64,000 nt of DNA from Hyaloraphidium curvatum SAG 235-1 (taxonomy: Eukaryota > Fungi > Monoblepharomycota). Under the pieces are notes generated by a model. That model did not search any database, was not told the DNA's origin, and saw only the letters and a list, made by a program, of their open reading frames with translations. Positions 49,615 through 61,788 of the stretch are shown here, piece by piece (within the stretch, counting starts at the first letter, position 1; each line of letters opens with the position of its first letter). The stretch is from assembly GCA_025558095.1 (NCBI GenBank), contig JAIVFI010000006.1, positions 620,001 to 684,000 of the forward strand, read 5' to 3'. The translations under genes were made by a program, and so were the position numbers.

Positions 49615-49801
49615 CGCGGCGTTCGTGTTGACAGCCGGCGTCGATTGCCAGTCATCAGCCGAGCAGTTCATCACACTCGCGGCGCGCGGCGGGGCGTCGT
49701 CAGCGGCTCGACAAGATTTCGTTGGGCTACTTTGACGAAAGGTCTACAAATAGTTTTCTGCCTCGCGGCTCATTTCGCAGCCGGAACGACGAAGTCCGTG
49801 T

Positions 49802-51752
49802 TCAAGCGTCGAACTTGGGCACGGTCTCGAGCGACTTGTTGAGGTCCTCCTCCGAGATCGCGACGTCGGGCTCGAGGGTGCCGGCGTTGTACGAGGCGTA
49901 GGCGGGGAGGTCGAGGAGGCCGTGGCTGCGGGCCAACTGTAAGTCGGGGATCGCAGGCAAGCGATCACACCACCCACCCGCAGAGGTTGAACACGATCGT
50001 CTTGGCCTCGCCCGACTCCTTGCACTTGAGCGCCTCGATGATGGCGCCGCGCACGGCGTGGTTGGCCTCGGGGGCGGGCAGGATGCCCTCGTGCCGCGCG
50101 AAGAGGGTGCCGGCCTCGAAGCACTCCTTCTGGCCGACGGCGATGGCCTCGAGCTCGCCGAGCTCCTTGAGGTGCGAGATGAGGGGGGCCATGCCGTGGT
50201 AGCGCAGGCCGCCGGCGTGGAAGGTGCTGGGCATGAAGTCGTGGCCCAGGGTGTGGCTCTTGACCAGGGGCTGTCGAGGGGAGAGTAATCAGGACCAAAA
50301 GGACTGGGAGCCGATCTGCCAAACCCACGGTGAGACCCGCCGAGTCACCAAAGTCGTACTCGTACCTGAATAACGGAGATCACAGAGTTAACAAGGCCGG
50401 AACAGAATCGGATCGCCGAAGAACTCACTTGCCGCGCGTGAGCGACGGGCACGCCGCAGGCTCGACCGCGACGACGCGGAAGTTCTTCTTGGCCTCCTTG
50501 CGGAAGCGCTGGCCGAGGAAGGGGAAGGCGAAGCCGGCAAAGTTGCTGCCGCCGCCCGTGCAGCCGACGAGGACGTCCGGGTAGTCGCCGGCCAACTCGA
50601 GCTGCTTGATCGTCTCCTGACCGATCACGGTCTGGTCTGTTTGAGCCCCAGATGACATCAGGACCGCGAGCAGCGAAGGGAGATGGCAACCACTCACGCA
50701 TCAGGACGTGGTTCAGCACCGAGCCGAGGCAGTACTTGGTGGGCACCGGGCTCTTGACGCACATCTCGACGGCCTCGGAGATGGCGATGCCGAGCGAGCC
50801 GGGGTTGTTGGGGTCCTTGGCGAGGTACGCGCGCCCGGTCTCGGTGCGGTCGCTGGGCGACGCGTAGACCTTGGCGCCGTACGTCTCCATGAAGATGGAG
50901 CGGTAGGGCTTGCTCTCCTTGGAGACCTTGACCTGGTAGACCTCGATCTCCACGCCGAACTGCGCGCCGGCCCAGGCCAGCGACGAGCCCCACTGGCCCG
51001 CGCCGGTCTCGGTCGTGATCTTCTTGGTGCCCTCCAGCTTGTTGTAGTAGACTTGCGGCACGGCCGTGTTGGGCTTGTGCGAGCCGGCGGGGCTGGTCCC
51101 CTCGTACTTGTAGTAGATCTTGGCGGGCGTGCCCAGGGCCTTCTCGAGGGCACGGGCGCGGTACAAAGGGGTCGGGCGCCACTTCCTGGAATCGGGCCGC
51201 CGACGGCTTAGCTTCACAGCGGTGACCATCCCGCGCTGCTGACCTGTAGACATCCCTCACAGGCTCGGGGATGTCGATGTAGCGATCTTGGGAGACCTCC
51301 TGAAGGATCAATGCCATGGGGAAGAGAGGAGCTGGGAGCATCGGCCCATGAGGATAGGAAGAAGAGGAAGACAAAGGCGGTGGAGTGGTCAGAAACAAGT
51401 GGGAAGGTAAAGGAGGGCCTTGGGGTCAGCCACGTCCTCCCATCCCGCCCAGCAACACGTCGAACAGACCGAGATCATCGGGCCCCAGAGGTTTGTGGGT
51501 TCCGGGGTGCAGCGGCGGCGGGCAGGGCGACTGGATGGGTGACAGTCAGAAACAAACTTCCATCTCGGCCGCAGCGCGACAAACGAACGGGCAGGTCAGC
51601 CTGGATGTTGTACCAGGTGGTCGGAATGTCCTTCTCCGAGAGCCTGGCGAACGACGACGTGCGCAAGGGGGGGGAAGCGCCGTGAGCGCGAGTGGCGCCG
51701 CGGAGGGGTTGGCGTCGACGTACTCGTATTTGAGCTGGTTCTCGTCGGCCAT
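49802..51752 (-). CDS. trpB2: Stand-alone type-2 tryptophan synthase beta chain (TrpB2), about 8 introns
   Basis: '[13 protein letters not shown]', '[12 protein letters not shown]', '[16 protein letters not shown]', PLP lysine in '[11 protein letters not shown]', 'TETGAGQWG', '[11 protein letters not shown]', 'GGGSNFAG', 'HAGGLRYHG'. Confidence 0.92.
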
Positions 51753-51976
51753 CGTGGTTCTTGAGGACTTCTTGAGTGCTACGCTGGTGCTCTACTGTCC
51801 GCCGCGGCGCCTCTGGGCCGTGAACGTCGCGATTCGATGTCGGTGGATGATCGGGGTAGGGGCTGTCGCACGGACCCTCGGCGTCCCCTCACGCCTCACT
51901 CGCCGGTGAGCAAACGCGCCCAGAGAGGTTTAGTTCGATCCATCCACACTGCCGGGACACAGTCTATGCCCTTTTC

Positions 51977-53012
51977 TTACGAAAGCTCGGCCTTCAGCAC
52001 CTGGCTGCCCGACCAGGTCTCGCCCGCTTGGAGAACGACTTCCCTCTCCACCCTGCCCGCCTCAACGCAGACGAATTCCGTGGCTTGGTCAGCGCCCAGG
52101 TCCGCCATGGCACCAGCTTTTTCCGCCGGGTTCCACACGACGACGTCGGGCAAGTTCTCCCGAGTCAGCCTGATCCATCCCAGCACGCCGGCGGTGTCGA
52201 GCAAGACGGGGTTGGGTGCCTCGCGGTAGACGCGATCGATCTCGATGAAGGGGCGCGATGCAGGATCCTCGAAGTCCGCACGCTCTCCGACAAAGACGAC
52301 GGTCTGCTCGGACTCGGTGTGATCACCGCCGGCAACCTTGTCGGCGTACGAAAGCCTGGCGACGGAGAAGTTAGATCAACGATAAGCATCAAGGCACAGA
52401 GCTTACCCGATAAGGCCCCTGACTTGCGCCTTGTAGAGATCACCGATGCGGAAGTACGTGTGCAACAAAGTAGTGAAAGCAAGCGGTTCCGAGCCTTCGG
52501 GGTTCTGCACGATGAGCTTCGTTTCGAGCTTGTCATTGCCCCTGAGGTAGACGCGGTAGTCGAGCGCGAATGCCTTGAGGAAGAGCGCCCGAAACTCTTG
52601 CGAAACGTTCTCAGGCACCAGAGAGAATGAAACTTCGAGCACCTCGTCGTTCTCGACGATGAGGCCGTTCCACTTCCACTGAGACACGCGGACGAAGCCG
52701 TGCTGAGGCATTCCGGTCTCGGGCTTGGGGCCGAAGAAAGGCCACGCGATGGGAATGCCTCCGCGGATTGCCTTCGTCCCGTTGATGACCGCCTTCGGGC
52801 TGCCGGACGTGTCAGCGGTGCCAGGAATCGCTCGTCGAGGTCAAAGTCCACCTCATGTAAATGCGTTCCTTCCCATCGATGGCCGGCCTCCAGGAGGTGA
52901 GCGTGGCACCCGTGAGATAGATTTCCGCCGTCGAGCCGGAAGCCGCGTGCGTCAAACGGACGAAGCCGGTGTTCGCCGAAGGCGTTTCGACCTTGAATGT
53001 TTCGGCGGGCAT
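51977..53012 (-). CDS. Glucose-6-phosphate 1-epimerase (aldose 1-epimerase family; multi-exon)
   Basis: 'EIYLTGATLTSW', 'KAIRGGIPIAWPFF', 'PQHGFVR', 'LLHTYF', 'DVVVWNP', 'FVCVEAG'. Confidence 0.9.
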
Positions 53013-53346
53013 TTCGACGCGGCCTCAAGGCGGAATGTGAACGGATATGTGAAGGGACCGCACGGCCGCACCAACGACCGCATTGCCGCTCGGAATCCCT
53101 GACTTTGCCACGATACATTGGCGATCCCTCGTCGTCGGCGCGGATGAGCGCATTCGGACAGGAAAGGTGCGGATGTGATGGTTCTGTGGCAGAAATCTGG
53201 GTGCGCTACCATTGGCGGGATGTTCGCGAAATGACGGGGGGACCAAGCTCCGCTTGCCGCTCCGATCCCCGCTCCCAGGCCCTTGCGGTCTGTGGCCCGC
53301 ACAGTGAGAAGCCAAATTGGGATTGACTCTCCAAGTACAGGCGGGA

Positions 53347-54294
53347 CTAATCATCAGCAACGCGCCGCCTCCACTCGACGTAGCGCTTTAGCTCCTTGTC
53401 GTCCACGGCAATCGATCGCCAGCTCTCTGGCTCGCAAAAGAGGTGGAACGAATCTGCGCCGTACTGTCCGATGCCGTAGAGCTTCGTGATCTGGAATTCA
53501 TCCTCGTCCGAAGTCTCGGTCTCTTCAGCCCCGGGGGAACGCTTTTCGAAACTGGCCCTGAGCTTCTGGATCCGACTGAAGTTGTCGAGGTACGACTTGG
53601 AGAAGAGAACCAGCGATCGGGCTCGCCGGTTGTATAGTCCCAATGGGTAAAGCAGCTTCGCAAGCTCCTCTATGTCAGCCTCGACGCAGGCTTCGGGAGT
53701 CGGGAAGCGCTTAAGGAACTCAAAAAGGACAGGCCTCGCTTGGACGCCCCGTGTCTTGTTCAGGAAGATCGTTGCTATCAGCAAACGCCACGGGTCGTAG
53801 AAGAGTCGCTCCTGGATGAGCTGGAACGGGCTCGCCATCGGCGTGAACAACGGGGTCCAGGGGCAGGAGCACGAAACGGGCTGCACCCCGCCCGCGGGGT
53901 CATCGAAGAGCAGTCCATGCAGAGGGCCCGCTTTCTCGTCATCTTCATCCGCCGCTGCGGCCGTTGCCGGCTTGGACTGCGACCGGAACGTGCCGAGCTT
54001 CTCGTTCATTCGCGCAACGTGCGGATCGACCTTGGTTTTCCGCACGTAGGTCGACTTCTTCTTCGCCGGTCGCTCGGCAACATCTGCATCCGATTGCTCC
54101 GATTCCCGCTGCTTTGCATTCGCCGGCCGCTTCTGCGGAACAGTGCTCGGCTCGTCGCCGTCGGTGTCCCCCGTCTCCTTTCGCTTCCGAGTCCTCGTCC
54201 GCGACTTCACGGGCGTTTGCGGCGGCGAAGGCAGTCCGTGGACACTGGAACGCGAGATGCGCCGGCTCGGCAGCTCCTCGAACGCGTCCGCCAT
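53347..54294 (-). CDS. MBD4-like HhH-GPD G:T/U mismatch DNA glycosylase (no MBD domain seen; intronless)
   Basis: 'SPFQLIQERLFYDPWRLLIATIFLNKTRG', 'LLYPLGLYNRRA', 'LYGIGQYGADSF', 'DDKELKRYVEW'. Confidence 0.88.
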   Translation of the reverse strand: MADAFEELPSRRISRSSVHGLPSPPQTPVKSRTRTRKRKETGDTDGDEPSTVPQKRPANAKQRESEQSDADVAERPAKKKSTYVRKTKVDPHVARMNEKLGTFRSQSKPATAAAADEDDEKAGPLHGLLFDDPAGGVQPVSCSCPWTPLFTPMASPFQLIQERLFYDPWRLLIATIFLNKTRGVQARPVLFEFLKRFPTPEACVEADIEELAKLLYPLGLYNRRARSLVLFSKSYLDNFSRIQKLRASFEKRSPGAEETETSDEDEFQITKLYGIGQYGADSFHLFCEPESWRSIAVDDKELKRYVEWRRRVADD

Positions 54295-54374
54295 CGCGAA
54301 TGCCACGAGTTGAAGGGGGATTCTGGGCGCCGCGGCAAAATCCTTATGATAAAGAGCAGAAGGTTGGGTAAACC

Positions 54375-56417
54375 ATGGACTCGCAGGGCCGGGGCGGTAC
54401 GCCCCCGTCCGACGCGTCAGCGAGCGGTACAAAGCGGCCTCGGGAAGATGGCGGCGTCGACGAGGGAGCGCAGGCGGCGAAACGCGTCCGGACAGGCACT
54501 CCACCCGAGGAGGGCCAGCTACCGCCTGCAGCGACCACCTCGGCCGCTCCGTCCGTAGAAATTACGGGACCCGACACTCCGCCGGATCGGACTGGCGACG
54601 ATGAGGCCGAGGAAGGGGAGTACGCCCCGGACGAGGCCCTTCCCGAGCGGCCCATGGCCCCGCGGCACTTTGAACCCGTGGAGATGCCCGACGCGGCGTC
54701 TTCCTACGTCTTTTCGCCGGCTGGACCCGACGTGGAAGAGGATGGGGAGTTGACCCCGGTGGAGGCACAGGAGGAGGGCGAACTCGGCGCCGTGGAGCAG
54801 GTCATTCCGAAAGTCGAATTTGACCCAAGGAAGGCGGGCGACGGCGTCCGGGATACCATTTCAAAGAAGTTCACGGGCTTGGGTGCGATGGAGGACTATG
54901 ACACGGGGTTAAAGATTGGCGAGGGAACCTTCGGGTGAGAGCAACGGAGCAGCTCCGACGACGCCAATTGACACCTCGACCCCTCTTCAACCAGCACTGT
55001 CGTCAAGGCTGTACACCGCAAATCTGGAGACGCCGTGGCGTTGAAGCTGATCAAATTCGACGACATGGACCGGAACGGATTCCCGATCACCGCCCTCCGC
55101 GAAATCCAGCTTCTGAAGATGCTGGACCACCGCAACATCCTCTCCCTCCGCGAAATGGTCCTCAAGCGAGGTACGTCACCTGCACAGCAGCTTCGAGAAG
55201 AATATTTGATCATGGGTGTCCGGCAGACCCGTCTGGCAACCGCCGCATGGACCAGATTTACATGTCGTTCGACTTCTTTCCGCACGACCTCTCCGGCCTC
55301 CTCGAACGGCATGAACCAGGCTACTTTGGCCTCCCGGTGTACAAGCTGTGGGCAAGACAGCTCCTGGAGGGGATGTACTACCTTCACAGGGTGTGTTTCT
55401 TCCGTGGCGGACTGCATTTGGCATCTGACCTCATTCCCGTTTCAGAACCTGGTCGTCCACCGCGACGTCAAGTCCGCCAACATCCTCATCTCCGATTCCG
55501 GCCTCCTCAAGGTCGCCGACTTTGGCCTGGCCCGCCCGCTGGACACGGACCCGAACCGCGAGTACACGGCGCAGGTGGTGACGCGCTGGTACCGCCCGCC
55601 CGAGCTTCTGCTGGGCAGCCCCAAGTACGGCCCCGCGGTTGACATGTGGGGCGTCGGCTGCGTCATCGCGGAGCTCTTTTCCCACCGCCCCATCATGGCC
55701 GGCGCGACCGAGCTGGACCAGTACGCCAAGGTGTTCGAGCTGTGCGGGTCCCTGACGGACGACAACTACCCCGGGTGGCAGCAACTCCCCGAGGTGGAGA
55801 AGCTCAAGGGCCAGGGCGTGAGCTTCAACAAGCCCTACCGCCCGCGGGTGCTTCGAACCAAGATGGTCGAGTACTACCACGCCGACCGCACCGCGGCGGA
55901 CCTGATCGACAAGCTGCTCCTGCTGAACCCGCGGAAGCGGTGGACGGCCAACGAAGCCCTGGACCACGAGTGGTTTTGGAGCAAACCGCTGCCGGCCGAA
56001 ATCGGCAGCGTGCCGAGGTACATGCCGTCGCACGAGATGGACATCCGCGGGGGGAACTTTGCCGTCGTGCGGCGGCCGGCCGAGGATAGGCGGCCGACGG
56101 CGGCATCGGAACCTGCCGGCGGGCGCCGCGGGCGCGCGGTGGACTCGTACGTGCCCGAGCGCGACGGCCGGGACCGGAGCAGGGAGCGCGATAGGCACAG
56201 CCCCTCGCGGCCGTGGGGTACCGTGGCTTCGGACGGGCCGACGAAGGATAGGCCGTGGGGGACGGTGCCGGTGGGGGACAGCTACGTTCCCGACCGCGAC
56301 CGGAGGCGGTCGAGGAGCCCGCGGCGGAGGTCGCGGAGCCCGAGGCCGAGATCACGCAGCCCGCGGCCGAGATCGCGGAGCCCGTGGAGGGACAGGTCGC
56401 GGACGCCGGTTTCCTAG
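54375..56417 (+). CDS. Transcriptional CDK of the CDK9/Bur1 class with RS-rich tail
   Basis: 'KIGEGTFG', 'GFPITALREI', 'HRDVKSANILI', 'YTAQVVTRWYRPPELLLG', RSRSP repeats. Confidence 0.88.
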
Positions 56418-56569
56418 CGCCGGCAGTGAAGCGTCGCCCTGATACCGAAGTTGTAGGCTGTACAACGCCACGATACCCGAAGATAACCTCGCCGAATCGA
56501 AAAAGCCACACATTAATCTGATATCGGTCTGACCAATGACCAATCAGTAGTCGTCCGTTGCAGTGCCCT

Positions 56570-58021
56570 CTAAATCTGGTCCATGCGAGGCGGCGCCGGC
56601 GGTGCGTTCCCCGACGGCGGCGCCATCGTGACCGGCGGCGGCCCGACCGGCGGGGGCGCCACCGGGGCCGAGATCGTCGCCGGGGGCCCGATGGACGCCG
56701 GAGCCGGGGCGGGGTACGCGCCAGGCGGCGGAGGGGCGGCGACCGCGGCGGCGGCAACCGGCGGGGCCACCGAAGTGGCGGCGGCGGGCGCGGGGGCGGT
56801 CTTGAGCTGCGTGATCTCGGCCTGCTGCGCGACGATCTGGGCCTGCTGCGACTGGACCTGCTGCTCCATCATGTTGATCTTCTTCCTGTCAATCCGGACC
56901 TGGATCAGCGGCAGGGCAAGCGCCGAGAGCGGCTGCCGGCCCACCTGTCAAGCTCCTCCTCCATCCTCAGCTTCTTGGCCACCATGAGCGCCAGCACCTC
57001 AGCGTTTCCAGTTTTGAGGCAGCTACCCAGCATCACGCAGGCGAACATGATTCCGATACCGATGCCGGTCGAAGCCGCGCCCCGTTGCCTATTGGGTTGC
57101 GGGGCGGGGATCAGCGGGACGTCCCGACCCGAAGAGTCGCCGAAACCCACCATTCCGACTGCACCGAGTCGCAGTACGCCGAGTCCGTCGTGGGCACGGT
57201 CCACTTGGAGCTCTGCCCCGTGACCTTATCGCAATAGTTCGGGGGCACCGCGGCCAGGCCCTCGGCGGTGGTGAAACCCCTCGAGATGGGCAGGATGTAC
57301 AGGTACAGCACGTAGGCCGACATGCCGACGATACCGGCCCAGCAAATCATCGAGAGCCAGTAGGTGGGGCCGAGGAGCATGAGGCCAAGCTTGCTGGCGG
57401 GCTTGCCGGGCGTCATCTTGTCGAGGTCGGGCATCTTGGGGCCGCAGAGCTTTTCCTCCCAGCCTAACGCGAGGCCATGCCCACGGTTAGCGGAAAAGAT
57501 AGCATAACACGGGCACTGCGAGGAGCCCACCGTAGTAGAGCCCGCACACGGCGGCGACGCAAGCAAACAGCATCAGGATCCACCCCCAGAACAGGTCCTG
57601 CAGGGCGGGGATGCAGGCCACGCAGGAGCAGATGAGGCCGACGGTGAAGGCGGTCTGCGTGAAGATCCGGCCGACGGGGCTGATGGCGCACCTGAGGGGG
57701 GTTTGGGCGTCAGTTTCCGGGATTAGGGGATTTGGAGGGCGGTTCCGAGACCGGGCCGCGGGTTCCGCTCGAACCAGCGGTCCCGCGCGAATTGAATGGA
57801 AGAGGAGACGGGCAGGGCGCCGTTCAACGCGGCCCCCGGCGTGTTGACGCCCGTCGACCTCTGACTCGCCCGCACGTGCGCCCCATGGAAACCCACCAGC
57901 TCCTGCCGAGGCAGCGGCCAATCTTGGCAAACATGCCGCCGACGCATGCGACCATGACGGCGAAGCAGCCCGCATCCTTCTTGGCGTCGTTCTCGACGCG
58001 CACGACGCCGGGTTCGGGCAT
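56570..58021 (-). CDS. Hypothetical multi-pass (about 4 TM) membrane protein with coiled-coil and Pro-rich tail
   Basis: Hydrophobic exon peptides in ORFs 57487-57975, 57111-57566 and 56905-57204 joined by GT-AG introns; Gln-rich then Pro/Ala-rich C-terminus. Confidence 0.6.
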
Positions 58022-58722
58022 CGCGCTGTTGTTCGTGGAGTGATAGGGCTTCGGGGTCGCGCGCCGCGGAGGCGAGGGAGTGGGGACGGGGACCGCGGTG
58101 TTTATGGAAGGGGTCCGGAGAGCAAGGAGCCGGTGGCGTGAGGCGTCGGCTTCGAGTCGGGGCTAGTGGCGGTGTTTGCTGGGCTGGGCTATTGAGTTTT
58201 CGTTCAGGGCGGGGATTCGGGGCGCGGAATCAGTAAAGGCTCGGCCGGCCACCTGCCTCGCCACCGAGGCGGAATCTGACAAATCTGCAGCGGATATTTC
58301 AGTGGAAGCTGAATCCGGAGCCGATCTGGCGGGATTGGCGGCAAGCCGGTGAACACGGCGCCCTCATGGGGCTTCTGCCTGTGTCCGAAAAAAAGCTCTC
58401 TTTGGCCACTCTCTGTTTCCGACAAACACCGATAAAGGTTGATCGGGCGGAGGCGGATGGCCTGATGGCCTAGGTGACGGTTGGGGTACCTGACAGCGTC
58501 AAAGCCTCGGGCGGCAAAACCCGTTCGGGATCATGTATGTCTCGCTGGTTCAACGGCGGCGCATCAGTACGGCACGGGGCATGCGAGCAGTGAGATCGGA
58601 TATTCGAGGAGTTTGGGGACGTGGGAAGAACAAGGCCAGGAACCCAGAACGCTGTATTCACACAAAGGCCAAGCGGCCGAATCCGTCGCCGCGTGGCGCT
58701 CAAGATCTGCTTGTCCCATCCG

Positions 58723-59790
58723 TCAACCTCCATCTTCTCCATCGAGCGGACCCGAATCAGACGCGTCAGGGCACTTGCAGATCGGAATCGACCTCCCCGC
58801 GAACGCCTTCCAGAATTCAAACTCGCGGTCCCAAGCCTCGGAATCCGCAGCATCCCGCCTTCGGTGGATGACCTCGACACTGAGTTGAGTGTCGTTCTTT
58901 CGGAAAGACGCCGCGATTGCATCCAGCTGCGCGAGATCGAGGCAGCCCAGGTGCAACTCCGCGATGTCCAGATGCTCTAGGCTGTTGGCCACTCCTCCGA
59001 CCAAGTATTGCGTCGACATTGCGGGCAGCTCGATGGACTCGAATGATTCGAGGGTCAGGAGCGGCCGCCACGCGCCGTCGTACGCGCATAGTGCCTCAGG
59101 GACGCCTTCGTCCCAAAAGCTTCCGTCCCAGCTGTCGACCACCCGCGTCGGACGGAACTGCGGCCTGTGCAGCAGGTTGTCTTCCAGGCAGTCGAGTGCC
59201 AAGAGGGGGTCCACAATCCGGTAGACACGGATCCGAGACACTGTACGGTCGCTGAGCCGGTCCAGTTTCCGTGGGAACGTCAGAACTAGCTCGAACGGTA
59301 CGAACTTCGTGGCCTCGTATGTCGTCAAGCAGATGGCAAGATCGATCGACTCGAGACGGGGAGCGTTGCTCGCGACGAAGTCCAGGAAGTCGACGGCATC
59401 TTCGTTCCCGACCATTCGGCATTCGATGCGCTCCAGCGCCGGGAACATGGGGGGCGCGCCGCCTTCCCACGCGTCGTACCATTCGTCCAGGATGACGAGC
59501 TCGTCGTCCCAGGCATCCGGGGTCGTAAGGTTGAAGGTCAGTACACTAAGGTGCTTTGTCAGCTGCCCCTTAGGCGGCGAGACGAGGGCCAAGAGATCGG
59601 AGAGCTCGGCCAAGCTTCCGCAGTCTAGGTCCTCGACGTGTTTGCAAAGGGAGGCGATCTCTTTCTCGACTCGCGACGTGCCCGAGAGCAACAGCTTGCG
59701 CACGCTGGCGGAAACGGGCACATGTGGCACCGATCCGTGGTGGTCGCCCGACGTCTCCCCAGATCGCGGCGCCGCGCGGCGCCCGACCAT
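58723..59790 (-). CDS. Hypothetical protein, possibly LRR/RNI-like (intronless)
   Basis: About 355-aa ORF with protein-like composition and LxxLxL-type segments ('FPALERIEC', 'PRLESIDL', 'SLEHLDI'). Confidence 0.55.
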   Translation of the reverse strand: MVGRRAAPRSGETSGDHHGSVPHVPVSASVRKLLLSGTSRVEKEIASLCKHVEDLDCGSLAELSDLLALVSPPKGQLTKHLSVLTFNLTTPDAWDDELVILDEWYDAWEGGAPPMFPALERIECRMVGNEDAVDFLDFVASNAPRLESIDLAICLTTYEATKFVPFELVLTFPRKLDRLSDRTVSRIRVYRIVDPLLALDCLEDNLLHRPQFRPTRVVDSWDGSFWDEGVPEALCAYDGAWRPLLTLESFESIELPAMSTQYLVGGVANSLEHLDIAELHLGCLDLAQLDAIAASFRKNDTQLSVEVIHRRRDAADSEAWDREFEFWKAFAGRSIPICKCPDASDSGPLDGEDGG

Positions 59791-59916
59791 GCCCGCCGGC
59801 ACTCCATCGGCCCTCGAAGCAGATCCGACCTTCGAACAGGACTGTCGCTCGAGCTCTGAAACATCTCAGAGGATCGGGGGGGGAGCCGGCCGGGGAGCGA
59901 GGCGACCGGCGTCCCC

Positions 59917-61567
59917 ATGCTTTCCATCCTCGCCGCGCTGCCCCAGGCGATGGCTGCCGGCTCCGCGGTGCGCCCCGCGACGGACGCCGACGTGGCGGCC
60001 GCCGCTGCTGCGCGGCTGTCCCTCGCGGCGGCGCCGCCCGCGCACGCGTCGTCCTCCGCGTGGTTCGACGCGCCCCCGCGCGCAACGCCTCCCCGTCCCT
60101 CGGTGCGCTACGCGTGCCCGTGCGCCCCCGCTCCCCCGGAATCTTCTGCGGCCGAGGGCTCGAACCGTGCGGATTCCCACCCGCCCCCGGCACCGGACGC
60201 GTCCCCCCCGCCCCCCTTCTCCCCCTTCTCCGCCCACCCCCTCGACGCCCTCCTCTTCTGCGACCGCTGCCGCTGCCCCCGCTGCCCGCGCTGCACCGCC
60301 GACACCCCCGGCGACGCGTACTGCCCCGGCTGCCTGTTCGACGCCGTCTCCTCGGGCCCGCGGGCGGACGGGGGCAGGTGCGTGCGGCACTGCTTTTCCT
60401 GCCCGCAGTGCGGGTCGTATTGCTCGGTGGTGCCGGTGCCGGCATCTGCCGGGCAGGGGGAGAAGTACGTGGTGCAGTGCCCGCACTGCAGGTGGGACTC
60501 GTCGCTGGCGCCGGGCGCGTGGATCTTCGACAAGCCGACCGGGCTCGGGGGTACGTGGCACGCCATCCCACCCTTCCTGCACGGTCTGATCCCCCCCATC
60601 GACAGCCTTCGCGGCCTCCCGCGCCGCGTCCACGCCCGCCTCCGCGGCCTTCGCATCATTGAAGGCCCACGTGCGGGCGCAGCTCCCCGCCGCACCCAAG
60701 AAGGAGCAGCCCGGCCGCGTGGCGAAGCTTCTTCAGCGCGCCGCCCGTAAATTCGGCGCGAAAGGCGCGGAACCCGAGCCGGGCGAGGCGCAGAAGGCGG
60801 TCGAGTGGAGGGATCCCGCGGGGGGCGGGTGGGAGGAGCCGGAAGGGGTGGACGGGGAGGAGGCGGGGGAGAGGTACGCGGAGTGGATGGCGGAGAGGGC
60901 GGCGAGGGAGAGGGAGGAGGCTTACCGTGCGCGCGAGGCCGGCCAAGGTGGGCTGCACCGTTCGCGTTCGCCTTTCCAGCCTCCTCGATCTCACCTCCAT
61001 GTTTCGCCCATGTTGGTAGTCACAACCCCCGCGCAGCGCCTCTCCCAACCCGACCAGCCTTTTTCTTCCGCCGCGCTGCCCCCACCCCGCCTGCAGCTCC
61101 GCGCCAAGCGCACCCGCCGCTGCGCCGCCTGCTCCGCCGTCCTCGCGCGGCCCGAGGGCAAGCCCGCCGACCCGCGGTTCAGGATCCGCGTGGCGGCGAG
61201 GGACCACATTCCCCGGCTGACCTTGTTCCCGCCGCTTCCCGCGCCCGGGGAGGAAGGAGTGCTGCTGCTGCGGGTGGAGAACCCCACGGATGCGGCGATG
61301 CGGATCGCGGTGTCGGTCCGCGGGGACGGGGCAGCAGTGCTCCGCCCCGCGCTCGACATCGGCCCCCGCCTGGACGAAGGGCTGTACGACGATCCGCCAG
61401 CGGGGGACGGCGACAGGGAGGCGTGGGTCGAGGCGGCGGGCACGGGGGACGAGGTGCGGAGGAGGAACTGGGCGCTGGTTGGGGTCAGGGTGGGCAAGGG
61501 GCGGGAGGTGGCGGTGCAGATGGAGGCGGAGGGGGTGAGGGGCTGGTGGTGCTTCGTTGCCTGGTAG
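59917..61567 (+). CDS. DCTN4: Dynactin subunit p62 (3' end approximate)
   Basis: 'HPLDALLFCDRCRCPRCPRC..YCPGCLF..RCVRHCFSCPQC..CPHCRWDS', 'LRAKRTRRCAACSAVLARPE'; intron 60551-60605. Confidence 0.88.
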
Positions 61568-61788
61568 TTCGGAGGGTGGTTGGTAGCGGGGGAACGTGGG
61601 TGCTGTGCTTTGCCTGTTTTCCATTTCGCCGCCGCTCCGCCGCCGGGATGCCGGTCCCGGGGTCCACAACTACGCACGGCCATCCAGCGCAACGGCGCCG
61701 CTGCTGCTTTGGCGGCCGCAGCTGGCGGGCAGGGAATTGCATTCGTCGTTTTCGTTGCGGGAGGAAGTTTCCTGCAGGCCGGTGCAGG

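Noticed and set aside
48784-54294. Four co-oriented genes (MBD4-like, epimerase, TrpB2, RSM25) as a transferred operon
   Set aside because: Functionally unrelated, mostly typical eukaryotic genes with introns and ordinary 190-340 bp spacers
56300-56400. Tandem 21-bp-like repeats at the CDK 3' end
   Set aside because: They encode an RSRSPRP tail typical of transcription- and splicing-associated CDKs
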